The notes beneath the pieces were generated by a model. The model saw only the letters and a program-made list of their open reading frames with translations, was not told the origin of the DNA and did no database searches. A DNA stretch of 62,628 nucleotides, counting the filler, from Chrysochromulina tobinii (lineage: Eukaryota), in assembly GCA_001275005.1 (NCBI GenBank). It is 9 parts of 9 records of this genome, joined end to end, with 100 filler letters (N's around TTAATTAATTAA, not from the genome) between each part and the next. Parts side by side here need not be neighbours in the genome. Positions count along the whole stretch, not along the records: positions 6,217 to 26,455 come from JWZX01000554.1; 8 more parts are not named here. One strand, given 5' to 3'. The translations under genes and the position numbers were made by a program. Shown piece after piece: positions 9,759-21,167 of the stretch (positions are counted from its first letter, which is position 1; every line of letters starts with the position of its first letter).

Positions 9759-12589
9759 ATGCTGCTGCCTCGCTTGCTCCAACTTGCGTGCTATGCACTT
9801 CTGTGCCATGGCATATTTGCCGACTTTTACCGTGACCTAGGCGTGTCGCGCCGCGCCAGCGCATCCGAAATCAAGGCCGCCTATCGCGACGCAGCCAAAA
9901 AGTACCATCCAGACAAAAACAAGGATGAAGATGCGCAGATCCGCTTCCAAAAGATCGCGGCGGCATACGAGACGCTCTCTGATCCCGAAAAGCGCCGGCT
10001 GTACGACCTGCACGGCAGCGATTACGCACAAGTCCAGCAGCAGCACGAGCAGAGGCAGCAGCAGCAGCGGCAGCAGGAGGAGTTCTTCAACGCCTTTGGC
10101 GGCGGCCACCGGCGCAGTCGGCACAACCAAGGCCCACCCATCTTTTCCTCGACTCTCTGGCTCACATCTGAGTCTTATCGCGACCTCGTCGAGGACAGCA
10201 ATGAGAACTGGCTGCTGCAATTCTACCACGACGGTTCCGAGCAGTGCAAGGAGTTCGCGCCGCGCTGGGAAGCGCTCGCGGGCAAGCTGCCGCCGATGGT
10301 GCGCCTTGCGCGCGTGAACATCGACCAGAATTTTGGGCTCGTGCAGCGGTACCGCTCCTTCGTGCGCTGCCGGCAGAACGCTTTCTTAATGGAGTGCACC
10401 ACGCCGGCGATCGTGCTGGTCACGCCGGGCGGCACCGACGGCAACCTGCAGGCACGTTGGCGTCCGCGCCCTGCTTGCTGCTACGCCACGCTCGCTGCTG
10501 TCGCGCCATGCTCGCTGCCGCTTGCGCACAGGCCGTGCGACCTGCGTGCCGCCCATGCGTGTGCGTCTGCCCACACGTCGCCCCCTCACCTGCTCTCCCC
10601 TGTGCGTTGCGTGCGCAGGCGGAGGCCTTCCGCGGGGGCCACCCGCCATCAGCAGAGCAGGTGTACGACTGGGTCAAACGCTCGTTGCCGCAGCGCCACC
10701 GCTCGCCACCCCAGATTGCGCCATCGGCGGACGAGCTCGCGCGCTTCCTGCGCCCGCCGTGGGCGAGCCCTCTCGGCACGAAGACGGCGCGGCGCGAGCG
10801 AGAGTCGGCCAGGCTCGAGGAGGCTGGTCGAGCTCGGCAGCCTGCCAAGGGCTGTATCTTCTCAGACAAGCCGATCGCCAACTCCATCTTCGCGCGCCAC
10901 CTCGTCGCGAGCCTCGAGGATGTGCTTGTCCTCACGTCGGTCGTGGTGGAAGGAGGCCTTGACGCGCCGCACTCGGCCGGCGCGCAACTCGCGCGCGCGC
11001 ATGGCGTCACGAGCCTCCCAACTGTCGCGGTCTGGCCCGACGCGGAGCTCGAGTACGCGAGATTGGGCGCGCCGCGGCTCTTCTCAATGGCGGAGAAGCC
11101 CGACGCCTCTGCGCGCGAGAGGCTGCTGGCCGAGCTGCGCGTCGCGGCGGTGCCGACGGTGCCGATGCTCCGGCCGTCCAACTACCATGCGCGCTGCGGC
11201 CCGGGCGTCGATGAAGACGATGTCAAGTTCTGCGTCTTGCTCTTCGTGCCCTTGGACGCTCAAGGCGTGTGGCCCGCGAACGCCAAGGCCGCGCTGGCCG
11301 CGATGCGCGCCGCGATACCCCTGAGGAATGGCGCGGCGCGTCTCGGGTGGGTGGATACCAACCGCCAAGAGCCCTTTGCCAGGCACGTGCTTGGCGCGGC
11401 GGGCGTGTGCACAGGCTCTGCTGTGAAGAGCCAAGCGGGCAACAGCGGCGGCGCCAAGCGTGGCGGCAGCGGCAGTGGCAGTGGCAGTGGCAGTGGCAGT
11501 GCCTCGTCCTGCGAAGGCGAGCGGCTGCCGCTCGCGCTGGTGGCGATGCAGGCGACCTCTGCGGGTGCGGGCAAGCGCAGCGCCGGCCGCAGCAGATACT
11601 CTGTGCGAGTGCACCGGTTTGGCGCCGTCCCGGGCGCACTGGGCACTCTGCGCACCGAGGAGCTACGTGCTTGGGTCGATGAGCTGACTAGCACTGCGAT
11701 GGTAGTCGGAGGAGCCGGCGATTGGCAGCGGCTGCGCGAGCCCGCGCCGCCGCTGCGCGCCGACGAGCCACCGAGCGTGCGCGCTCACATCCTCGTGTGG
11801 TTCTTCTCGTGGGGCTGGATCGTGGCCACAATCCTCGTGGGTGGTGGTGGCGCGGCAGTCTTTTATGCGCCGCAGATCCAGCAGTGGTACGATAAGCAGC
11901 GGCGGCAGGCGAGGCAGCAGCAGCAGCAGCAGCGGCAGCAGCAGGAGCAGCAGCAACAGCGAGACCAAACGAATCAGACGCAGCAGCAGCAGCCACAGCA
12001 GCAGCCGCACGCGAGCCAGCGTACGCCGCCACAGGATGCCGAGGGAGACGAGAGCGATGCCGGCCCATCGCCGGCCTCACGCACGCCGAGCAGTGGAAGC
12101 GCGAGTACGCGCAGGTATGCTGAGAGCAGCCCCGGTAGCGCGTCCGCCGCCGCATCTGCAGAAGGCCTCTCGGGGCTCAGCGCAGACACCCTGAGCGCAG
12201 TGCTTGGTCGCGGCAGCTATACGCTCATCTTCGTGACCAATGCGGGCGTCGCGAGCCGCGCGACGATGCTCGCCACTGCGGCGCACTTTGCCGAGCAGTC
12301 CGCCGCAGGTGTCTCTGACTTTCGTGGCTGGGCGATTGTCACGCTAGACTTTGCCGCCGAGTCGTCGCGCGAGTCGAAGCCGCCGCTGCTGCGCGCGCTG
12401 CTGGCGCGGCTGCGCGCCTCCCCGGTGGGCGTGCTGCGCAAGGGCCAGACGCTCGCGTGCTTCAGTGGGCAGCCCTCCGTGCGTCTCGTCGGTGAGTGGA
12501 TAGCCAAGCTGCGGATGGGCGAGGTCGAGTGGGCCAGGCTCAGCGACGATGGACCACTCTCGCCTGCCATGGACGAAGAGCCTGGCTAG
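9759..12589 (+). CDS. DNAJC16/ERdj8-like J-domain + thioredoxin-fold membrane protein, join(9759..10451,10619..12589)
   Basis: Signal peptide; J-domain with HPD (KYHPDKN); Trx-like [21 protein letters not shown] lacking Cxx[20 protein letters not shown]; a phase-0 GC-AG intron joins the two tracked ORFs. Confidence 0.88.
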
Positions 12590-13063
12590 TGTCACGTGAG
12601 ACCCGACTTGCAGGACTACAAGGAGACCCGGTCGTAAAGCCGCCTCTGCACGCTGCAGCGAGAGCGTGACGGTCGAGCTTGACGGCGTGGCCAATCCCGG
12701 GCCGGCACCGAGCCTTACGGTGTGTACAGCCGAGCAGACTGAGCGGCTCCGCCTCTCGCCGCGAGACTTACAGTGGGTCGTCCGGCGGTCCCGGGTTCGC
12801 CCGGCTTGGTGGCTCCCGAGAGCGGCCGGACGAGAGCGGACCCGGGTCCAGTCGTACATAATGCTTAATCAGTTAAATCTTTTGCCGACTTACAGTCTTC
12901 GATCGTCGGCCGACTTACGGCCGACGGCGGCTCGGAGGACCGCGTCCGCGAGCGCGACGTGGACGAGCCGCAAATTACTAACCACGTTTTCGTCGCATCG
13001 TAGGGACGCGAGAACCCGCCTCTCATGAGTTTCCTGTACCGTACGCTGCAGCGGACGTCCTTA

Positions 13064-13831
13064 TCATTTTACCACTACAATGACGTCGTTGCCTTCATCA
13101 GTGCCCAGCAGAAGCGGCTCGACATCAAACACGCTGACGATTGCCTCTCGCAGCGCGCGCCTCTGAGCGTCATCGCCACCCGTACTATTGATGAGCAGCA
13201 CACCTTCGGGCCCAAGGTGCGAGCGCAACATCAGCAGAGCGGCTCTGCTAGAAAGAGACGAAGGCGGCGACTGAACTTCGAGACCGCAGCCGCCTTCAGC
13301 CTCGGGCGCACAGCTTGCATCGAGGAAGATGGCATCGAATCGCAAACTCGTATGCACCCGCAAGAAATGCAGTCCGTCTGTATGCAGGATGTGCATATGG
13401 CGCCCACGCAGGCCAAGATATTGTCGTGCGAGCGCCAGCACTCCATCATCGCTCTCGACGCAGGTCATTGTGCACTTGGGGTGCCTCTCTGCAAGGTGCA
13501 TCGGCAGTACGCCGCCGCCGACCCCGATGAAGCATAAATTCTTCGGTGTCGGCTTCAGCTCATCCAGCGCAGCGACCATAGTTCGATGATAGGCTGGCAT
13601 CAACATTCGACGGTTGAAGCGGCAGCTGTTGTGGCGCAAGGGCTCAATGCTGACGATGCTCTCCGCTGCCAGAGCGAGGCCTGGCCGAGAGGAGCAAAGC
13701 CAACGAAAGGCGAGGCCGTTTGTTAAGTGCTGCTCGAATACGTGAAGCGACGTGCGTTCGCCATGGTGAGAATGCAACCTGTGGATCACGCCACCACCAG
13801 GAAGCTCCACCTCAGTCTGGTTAAGCTCCAT
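13064..13831 (-). CDS. Class I SAM-dependent methyltransferase (spermidine-synthase-like / METTL13 C-terminal-like)
   Basis: LCFIGVGGGVLP motif I, CVESDDGVLALARQYLG, DGLHFL, FDAIFLDA, LGPEGVLLIN. Confidence 0.85.
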   Translation of the reverse strand: MELNQTEVELPGGGVIHRLHSHHGERTSLHVFEQHLTNGLAFRWLCSSRPGLALAAESIVSIEPLRHNSCRFNRRMLMPAYHRTMVAALDELKPTPKNLCFIGVGGGVLPMHLAERHPKCTMTCVESDDGVLALARQYLGLRGRHMHILHTDGLHFLRVHTSLRFDAIFLDASCAPEAEGGCGLEVQSPPSSLSSRAALLMLRSHLGPEGVLLINSTGGDDAQRRALREAIVSVFDVEPLLLGTDEGNDVIVVVK

Positions 13832-14066
13832 GCAGTAGTGACCACATGACCAATTGGTTCTTCAGGAAGGAAGCCCTGATAGTCCAAACAAGGCAAGCAG
13901 CCCCGAGGCCACAAGGACGCGGATAGCCCCCAAGGGGGGGGAGGGGACGCAACTCTGAGGTCTATAAATAGCACTGTGAATCATCGTGTGATCTCCAGGC
14001 GCCTGCGTCCTGAAGGCCAAAGGAACACACCAACCGGACACCACTTGGGCCCTGCCGGAAGGCGGC

Positions 14067-15737
14067 ATGCCAACGAGCCAGAACGATCCGGCGAACCCGG
14101 CCAACGGGACGCCGCCTCGCCCGCCACCTAAGCTCCTTGATGGCGCTGAACCCATACGGACAGCCGTCAAAGTCCGGCCGCACACCGTCGCAGCACCGAC
14201 CGGCGAGATTATTGGCTATCCATTGCGCGCTCAGCAGGCACTCGCAGCGATGAGAATCGACAGCCCTAACGCAAAGCGGCACACGGTTCGCTGCGTGGCG
14301 GACGACCATTATGCAATATCGCACGTCTCGCTGCCGCTACCCTTGCCGCTCAGGTGGGCTGTGCTCGCGGGACGGCATCGGAGGCTGGGTTCAGGTTGCG
14401 TGCCGGGCCTGCGCATGCTGCCCGAAGAGATATGGGAGCGCATCTTCCACTTCGCGGTGACGAAGCTGGACGTACCCAATGCCATCGAGTTCGGCGACCC
14501 GCCGCGCCCCGTCGACAGCCCGCGGGGCCGGTTCCACTGCGGCCTCGCCCTCAATGCCATGGTGTCGCAGCCGACCATGTACGAGACGCTCATGGTGCCG
14601 CTCGTCGAGAGCGCGCTCGAGGGGTACAGCAGCGCGCTGGTCACCTTCGGCCCACGTGGCTCGGGCAAGTCGCACACGCTCGAAGGCCCCCCGCGTGGCG
14701 TGAGTGCGAGCGGCGACAGCGGCGCCGGCGGCGCCGACGGCTCGTGTGGCGCGTGCAGCCCCGAAGGCGCCGGTGAGAGCGGCGAAGGTGGCGAGATTGC
14801 GACCGGCGCCGCCGGAGGCGCCCGCGCGGCGGACGAGGGGCTGATGCGCAAGGCGCTGCGCCACACGCTCCTCGCGCTGCACCGCCGGCACGGCGCGAAA
14901 TGGGGCGCCCAGAACGAGTGGGCGCGCTTCGCGTGCTTCGCAGTGCATAAGCGGATCGTGTACGACATGCTGGCACCCGACGCGCCGATGCCGCGCAAGA
15001 TCGTGCGCACCGACGCGGCGGGTGGGCGTTGCCACGCGTACGTCGACCGGCTGCATGCGCCGCCCGTGGCCAATCTCGCCGACTGCGATGCGCTGCTCGA
15101 CGCAGCCCGAGCCGCGCGCTACCGGCTGCCCGTGTGCCCATCATGTGCGAACTGGACGCGCGAGCTCGACCTGTTCTGGACGCTGCACATCCGCGAGGGG
15201 CCCCTGGGCGGCGGCAGCCTCAGCTTCGTCAAGCTCGCCGGCCTCGACCGGCGTCAGCGGTGCAACGAGTGCCGCCCCCTGCCCACTACCAACCCCCACG
15301 GAAGGGCCGACGGGCATCAAACGGTTTCGTCACTCTCCGTCGTGCTGTCGGCCCTGGCAGATGGCAAGACGACGTACGTGCCCTACCGCGACTCGCCCAC
15401 GACGGAGTTGATGCAGGAGATGCTCTGTGGGCGTGCCAAGGTTGCGTGGCTCGCGCACGTCGTCCCCGGCCCCGAGGGTGACTTTGACGAGACCGTCGCC
15501 ACACTGCAGGCCACAGTGCGTGTGGGCAAGATCCTAAATACGCCGCAGCGGCTGCCGCACGGGCTGCAGGTGGCGGAGCGCGCGGCCGAGGCGCGCGAGA
15601 TCGAGGAGCTACAAGGGCTGCTCAAGGCGAGGTCGCGCCTGAGCAGCAGGCCTGCTCCTGGGACTCCCAGCGGCCCGAGCCTGGCGCAGCGGGCCGTTGA
15701 AGGCGTGCGGCCGAGCACTCCGCCGGAGGTCACCTGA
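14067..15737 (+). CDS. Highly divergent kinesin-like motor-domain protein (probable pseudo-kinesin)
   Basis: IRTAVKVRP (beta1), LEGYSSALVTFGPRGSGKSHTLEG (P-loop), VYDML, LSFVKLAGLDR (switch II position), YVPYRDSPTTELMQEML, ETVATL. Confidence 0.85.
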   Translation: MPTSQNDPANPANGTPPRPPPKLLDGAEPIRTAVKVRPHTVAAPTGEIIGYPLRAQQALAAMRIDSPNAKRHTVRCVADDHYAISHVSLPLPLPLRWAVLAGRHRRLGSGCVPGLRMLPEEIWERIFHFAVTKLDVPNAIEFGDPPRPVDSPRGRFHCGLALNAMVSQPTMYETLMVPLVESALEGYSSALVTFGPRGSGKSHTLEGPPRGVSASGDSGAGGADGSCGACSPEGAGESGEGGEIATGAAGGARAADEGLMRKALRHTLLALHRRHGAKWGAQNEWARFACFAVHKRIVYDMLAPDAPMPRKIVRTDAAGGRCHAYVDRLHAPPVANLADCDALLDAARAARYRLPVCPSCANWTRELDLFWTLHIREGPLGGGSLSFVKLAGLDRRQRCNECRPLPTTNPHGRADGHQTVSSLSVVLSALADGKTTYVPYRDSPTTELMQEMLCGRAKVAWLAHVVPGPEGDFDETVATLQATVRVGKILNTPQRLPHGLQVAERAAEAREIEELQGLLKARSRLSSRPAPGTPSGPSLAQRAVEGVRPSTPPEVT

Positions 15738-16805
15738 GGGCATCGATCTGGGCAAAGCAGCGCCGGCGGCCTCGGGGAGAACGGCTGAGGCGGAAGGCGC
15801 CGAGGACCCACAGTACCATGAGGAGCGCAAAGCGGTTTCACTCACACATCAGCCGAACGCGAAAACCCACAGGACGTGTCTTGTGTCGCTGGATACGACG
15901 ATAGGTGTCGAGGTCACGCGCCGACGGCTTGATCTTAGTGCGTCGCGCGTCGCGGACACCCGGGCTTGAACCGTGGACACGTGCTCGTCGGCAGCGTGTG
16001 TGCGCAGCATATTGCGGAATCGACCGCCCCGGGCGGAACCGTCGACGTCGTACCGATCAAAACCCGGATCTCAGATCCGGACGTACAGAGTACGCAGCGG
16101 GTGTGTCCGTGCGCGCGCGGCATGTCCGTCCGTGACCGTGTGGCGCGGTCGCCCCGTATCGCTATGGTGGCGGGTATAGCCGAGTGACGGAAAAAAGCTA
16201 ACTAGCACTATTAGCGATCCCGCTCGCACCGCCACGGCCCACACGCGAGATGTACGCGAGATGAGCTCGCAGGAGAGGCCCCGGAGACTCACTCTCCGCT
16301 TCCCAAGCTCCGACGGCGGGGTGACGTATACCCGCTCTCACTGGGTCCTCGCCTGATAGAAGCCCCCGAGCGCCGTTTGTGCATACCCGGACTCATCATG
16401 TGCCCGGACTGCGATCCCGCAACGGCCGTCTGATTTCTGCTAGCCACCTCGTTCCACGCCCATCTGTGTTGAGTGATCCTGCAACTGAGCCTTGCCTAAA
16501 GGCTTGGAGCCTGCCTTAGTTCAGCCCGCGCCTTCGTGCTCTACCCAAAGCAGGAGTGCAGGAGAGCCATCTCGACGGACGTGCAGCACTATTTGCTCAG
16601 TGTGCAAGCCCTGGACTAAAGCTTACTTCGGCTGGCTCCTTCGCCCCTGCCTGGAGGTCTGCTGTCGGCTCGCAGTCGGCCGATGATTGTGTACACGAGA
16701 TACAGTCACGAGATGACTGTCATCTGCTAATGGTCACCGCCGGCCTGTCGCCGGTGCGCCTACACAACTTCCCCCACAGCACGGGAGCGGGGGCGGGGGA
16801 AAGCG

Positions 16806-18118
16806 TCAGCTGTGCGAGCTCTTCTGGCGCTTGACCCAGCCGCCGCCGCCTATGGCGCCGCCGCCGAGCTGCCCCATGCTCCCCGCCGCCATCGACGATT
16901 GCTGGCGGATGCGCGCGAGCGAGCCCGCGGCGCCGAGCTGACCAGCGAGCGCCTTGGAGAGAAGGTCGTTGGCGACGCCCGCGGAGCGATCGGGTGCGAC
17001 TGGTGCGGGTGACGGGAACACGTCCCTCGCGAAGCCCTCCTTGCCGTCTCGTGAGCTCGTCGTACTTGACGCATCGTCGGCTTGGGTGGAGTATCCAACG
17101 TCAGCATCCTGGGAGTGTGCAACGGAGCAGAGGAGCTCAAGCATGTTGGCTGGCTTGTCTGGTGGCTTGTCGGCCACCGGGGCCGCGGCGAGGCTACACG
17201 CCGGCAACACGGCGGACGCCCCTAAGGGCACCGCGGCTGCGTGCATGCCTTGGGCGATGAGCGCCGCCTGTACCGCCTGTACCGGCTGCTGCAGCATCGC
17301 CTCTCGAGGCGAAAGCGCTGGCAGTTGCTCGGCCGGCACCTGCAGCGCCGGCGGCTGCTCCGCCGGCAGTTGCGGCTGCCATAGCTGCGGTGGTAGCGTG
17401 CGCGCGTCTCGCTCAGAGGCACCGTCCGCGTCCATTGCGCGCTCGACGCCTCTGACCATAGCAGCGGCCAGTCCGGCAGCTCGCGGTCGATGCACGAGCA
17501 GCCGAGGAGCTGGAGCGTTCGGCGAGCCCGGAAGCGGCAGCAGGCCAGCATGTTCGCCGTTGGGCGTGGCGACGGCCGCAGGTCCTGTTGTGAGCAGCGC
17601 CTCAGGGCTCTGCAGGAATTGAGCGGATGAGCTATGGCCTGCGGCAGCTGCTGCTGCGAGGGCTGCGGCAGCAGCAGGGTGGGTGCCGAAATGCACGCCG
17701 CCCATTCCATCCTGGCAAAGGCCCCCGGCTGCGTGGCCTGCTGTGAGACTGGCGAGGGCGCTCTCAATGGCGCCGAGGGCAAGCTGCTGCGGATGGGCTG
17801 CAGCTGGTGACAGAGACTGCTGCATGGCGAGGTTAGCTGTTGCGGCATCGGGGCTATATCCCAATATACTCTGGACGAGCAGCCGCTCAAGGTCTAGAAA
17901 GCGTTGCTGAAGTGAATCGTTCGACGCCTTGGCGGCGATCAGGCGCGCCTGCAGCGCGCTGATCGCCCTGCGCTGATCATCCCTCTCAGTCCGCAGGGCT
18001 TCGATTTCAGCGACCTGCGGGAAGAGGAGTGCTGTGAGCAAAAGGAACTCACCGAGGCAGGATCGCGGCAGGGTGCCTGGCCTGCTGAGGCACGCACTAG
18101 CTGCTGATGATCTGCCAT
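16806..18118 (-). CDS. Hypothetical protein: N-terminal coiled coil and Ala/Gln-rich tail; short first exon
   Basis: ATG 18118 (MADHQQL); in-frame donors at 18097 or 18052; acceptor TTCCCGCAG at 18015; VAEIEALRTERDDQRRAISALQARL heptads; NMLELLCSVA motif. Confidence 0.6.
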
Positions 18119-18376
18119 CGACTGCGAGGAGGCCAGTACACAGGGTACGGTCCTAGAAGGAATTCGATGCAGCTTGCGCCGTGAGAAAGCTCGCCGGGAA
18201 AAAAATCTGCTTTCATCTCCCCAAAGATACCCGAGGTTCAGGTCACGTTCGGCGCGAAGACCGTATGCATAATGACTAAACACGAACTGTATCGTGAAAA
18301 AAGCCCCGGGGCATCGAATTGAAAAGAAAATCAAATCATGAACACACGTAGCAAGGGAGGGCGACGGCGATGATGA

Positions 18377-19936
18377 TTAAGTTTGTGGCGAGCCAGCCCG
18401 ACTGCTCACGTGCGGCGCGTCCTCCTCGTCAATAATCGCGAACCGCTCGAGACGCTGCTCTCTCCAAGGAGACGGTGCCGCCTGCCACGGGCGCGAGCCG
18501 CCACGCGCCTGTCGCCCGCGCCCTTGGCCGCGTTGCTCCTCGCCGGCCGCCGCCACCCGCGTCCGTCGACGCTCCGCCTCCCGCTGCCGCTCCGCCGCCT
18601 CCTCGTGCTGGTGCGCGAGCCGTTTCGCCACGCCCAGGGCAGCATGCATGCGCAGCACCAGCGTGCGCAGGTTTCCCGCCTGTTTGGCACTCACGGCGGT
18701 GACGGCGGAACCTCGCAAGACATCTGGTAGCACGGCCGCAGCCGCCGCCATCTCGGGCGCCTCTGCCGGTGCGCCGCCAGGGGCGCCGCCCACGCCCACG
18801 CCCACGCCCTCGCCCTCGCCCTCGCCCTCGCCCACGCCCACGCCCACGCCCTTGCCTTCGCCCTCGCCCTTGCCCACGCCACAGCCAGCGCCGGCGCCGC
18901 CATCGCCTCCGATGAGCCCAGGCAGCTCGCCCTCGGCCCGTAGGCGTGCCACGGCGGAGCGGAGCGCGCGCAGCTTCGCGGGCGCCCCCTCCACGTCTGC
19001 CTTGTTGGCCACCAGGAGGCAAGGGCGCTGTCCGAGACCCGGGAGATACAGCTCGAGCTCACGCTGGAGTTTCGTCAGCTGCGAGATTGCTGGCTGCTCC
19101 GACTCGAGATCGAGCACGTAGCACAGGAGCGAGGTGCGCTCGATGTGGCGCAGGAAGCTGTGCCCGAGCCCGCGGTTGGCGTGTGCGCCGTCCACCAGGC
19201 CAGGGATGTCGGCAAGTGTGAATTCGGCGTGCGCCGACGCGCGCACGCGGCCCAGGTGCGGGTGCAGCGTGGTGAACGGGTAAGGCGCCACCTTGGGAAC
19301 GGCGTTGGAGAGGGCGCGGAGGAGCGAGGACTTGCCCGCGTTCGGGAAGCCGACGAGCCCCACGTCCGCGATCAGTTTCAGCGAGAGCAGCAGCGTTGCC
19401 GCCTCGCCTGCACCGCCGTCCTCGGCGATGCGCGCGTGCTGCTGCAGCCCCTGACGGAAGGAGGCGTTGCCGCGGCCGCCGCGCCCGCCCCGCGCGACCA
19501 AGATGCTGTCGCCGTCCGTGAGCAGCTCGGCCAGAGTCGTGCGCGGCGCGTCCGGCGGCTCCATGCGCGACGTTCGCGATGGGCTCGGCAAGCCCAGCCG
19601 TTCGACGAGCGTGCCGCACGGCACCCTCAGCTCCATCGTCTCGCCGCGCGCGCCGTGCATATCGCTGCCCATCCCGTTGGTGCCCGAGGCGGCCTTGAAG
19701 TTCTTCTTTTCCAGCTGCAGGTCGGTCACGTTGTGATCCGCGCGCAGCACCACGTCGCCACCATTGCCTCCGTTGCCACCGTTCGGCGGGCCAAACGCGA
19801 CATTCGCGTCGCGGAACATGCTCGCGCAGCCCTTTCCGCCGTCGCCGCCGGCCGTGAGTATGCGTACGCGGTCCACGAATCTCCGGCGCGTCGAGCGCGG
19901 CGCGTCTACTGCGCTCGTCAAGAAGCGTCGCCGCAT
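18377..19936 (-). CDS. Obg-family GTPase (MTG2/ObgE-like, probably organellar)
   Basis: FVDRVRI..GGDGGKG, GGNGGNGGDV, LKLIADVGLVGFPNAGKSSLL, YPFTTLHP, ADIPGLVDGAH.NRGLGHSFLRHIER, NKAD; Arg-rich N-terminus from ATG 19936. Confidence 0.95.
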   Translation of the reverse strand: MRRRFLTSAVDAPRSTRRRFVDRVRILTAGGDGGKGCASMFRDANVAFGPPNGGNGGNGGDVVLRADHNVTDLQLEKKNFKAASGTNGMGSDMHGARGETMELRVPCGTLVERLGLPSPSRTSRMEPPDAPRTTLAELLTDGDSILVARGGRGGRGNASFRQGLQQHARIAEDGGAGEAATLLLSLKLIADVGLVGFPNAGKSSLLRALSNAVPKVAPYPFTTLHPHLGRVRASAHAEFTLADIPGLVDGAHANRGLGHSFLRHIERTSLLCYVLDLESEQPAISQLTKLQRELELYLPGLGQRPCLLVANKADVEGAPAKLRALRSAVARLRAEGELPGLIGGDGGAGAGCGVGKGEGEGKGVGVGVGEGEGEGEGVGVGVGGAPGGAPAEAPEMAAAAAVLPDVLRGSAVTAVSAKQAGNLRTLVLRMHAALGVAKRLAHQHEEAAERQREAERRRTRVAAAGEEQRGQGRGRQARGGSRPWQAAPSPWREQRLERFAIIDEEDAPHVSSRAGSPQT

Positions 19937-20202
19937 TTCCACAAGGTTTCCTTGCAAAACTTCCTTACATGAACTAACATTCAACTTCAACGCTCTCAGA
20001 AACTGAATCGCCTTCAGCCGGGGATGCCTTGAACTTCCGCGTTTACCGCGAAAAGACTGTACGAAAAGGCTCTCTGGAAGGAGCCAGAGTCGCCAGAACC
20101 CATGTGATGACATCTCCGACTCTCGCGACCGGCTCTTGCACACACCACCAGAAGCAATGCACTCACTGTTCAAACCCACTCGATTCCCCCGCACTGTAAC
20201 AG

Positions 20203-20755
20203 GGCGGAGAGCTCCGGGCCCGACGAGGCCACCAGATCCACCGTGCAGAGGCTGCCGTTGCTCACCATCAAGGCAGGCCCGCGGGATGGCGAGGAGTGGA
20301 TCAAGAGGATGAAGGAGGAGTACATGGCGCTCATCGCTTACCAGAAGGTGAACAAGGAGGCGGGTAACGAGTGGTTTACCATCGAGTCCAACAAGACGGG
20401 CACGCGATGGACGGGCAAGGTGTGGTACGTGCACGATCTGCTCAAGTATGAGTTCGATCTCGAGTTTGAGCTACCCGTGGCATACCCGGGAGTGGCCCCT
20501 GAGCTCGCGCTACCTGAGCTCGATGGCAAGACCGAGAAGATGTACCGTGGAGGCAAGATTTGCCTCGACTCGCATTTCCGGCCGCTGTGGGCGCGCAACG
20601 TACCGCACTTCGGCATCGCGCACGCAATGGCGCTTGGGATGGGCCCGTGGCTCGCGGTGGAGATTCCGGACTTGATCGCGAAAGGCAAACTCAAGTACGA
20701 AGGTGGCGGCGAGGGCAAGAGCGAAGCCAAGAGCGAAGCCGTCGCGCTCAACTAA
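20203..20755 (+). CDS. UFC1: Ufm1-conjugating enzyme 1 (main exon; ATG probably completed by splicing)
   Basis: [35 protein letters not shown] (catalytic Cys), [21 protein letters not shown]. Confidence 0.97.
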
Positions 20756-21167
20756 ACTTGTGAGCTCTTGCGGCTGTCCGAGCACGCGAGACACTCACAC
20801 TCCACTGGCACTGCCTACGCGCCGCGGTCGGGGGCACACGACACGGCGTACTACTGTACTGCAGCCACTGACTCATGCGACTTTCCCGCATTGTCATGCC
20901 ACCCATGCGTGCCGCTGAGTGCGCGTGCGGCCTACGTGTGGCCCCAAGATAGCCATTAAAGGAGCCGATTCCGGCCGTACCGGCCGGGACCCGGGTGCGC
21001 GGGGAAAACCCGGGAAATGAACAAATGATAGCTTTTAAGATAGCTTTTTAATTCGAGGCCGTCGTCCCGGCGCGCGGGTCTGCGACCTAGAGTCGGGTCT
21101 AGTACGGCGTCGGGTCGCGCTGCAAACCGACGTTGGCTTCCGCTATACCCCCTGTGCGCCTGCCATC

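Noticed and set aside
19937..20434. N-terminal 166-aa extension of the Obg ORF overlapping UFC1
   Set aside because: It is the antisense of UFC1 plus promoter DNA; a plausible ATG with a targeting-like peptide lies at 19936
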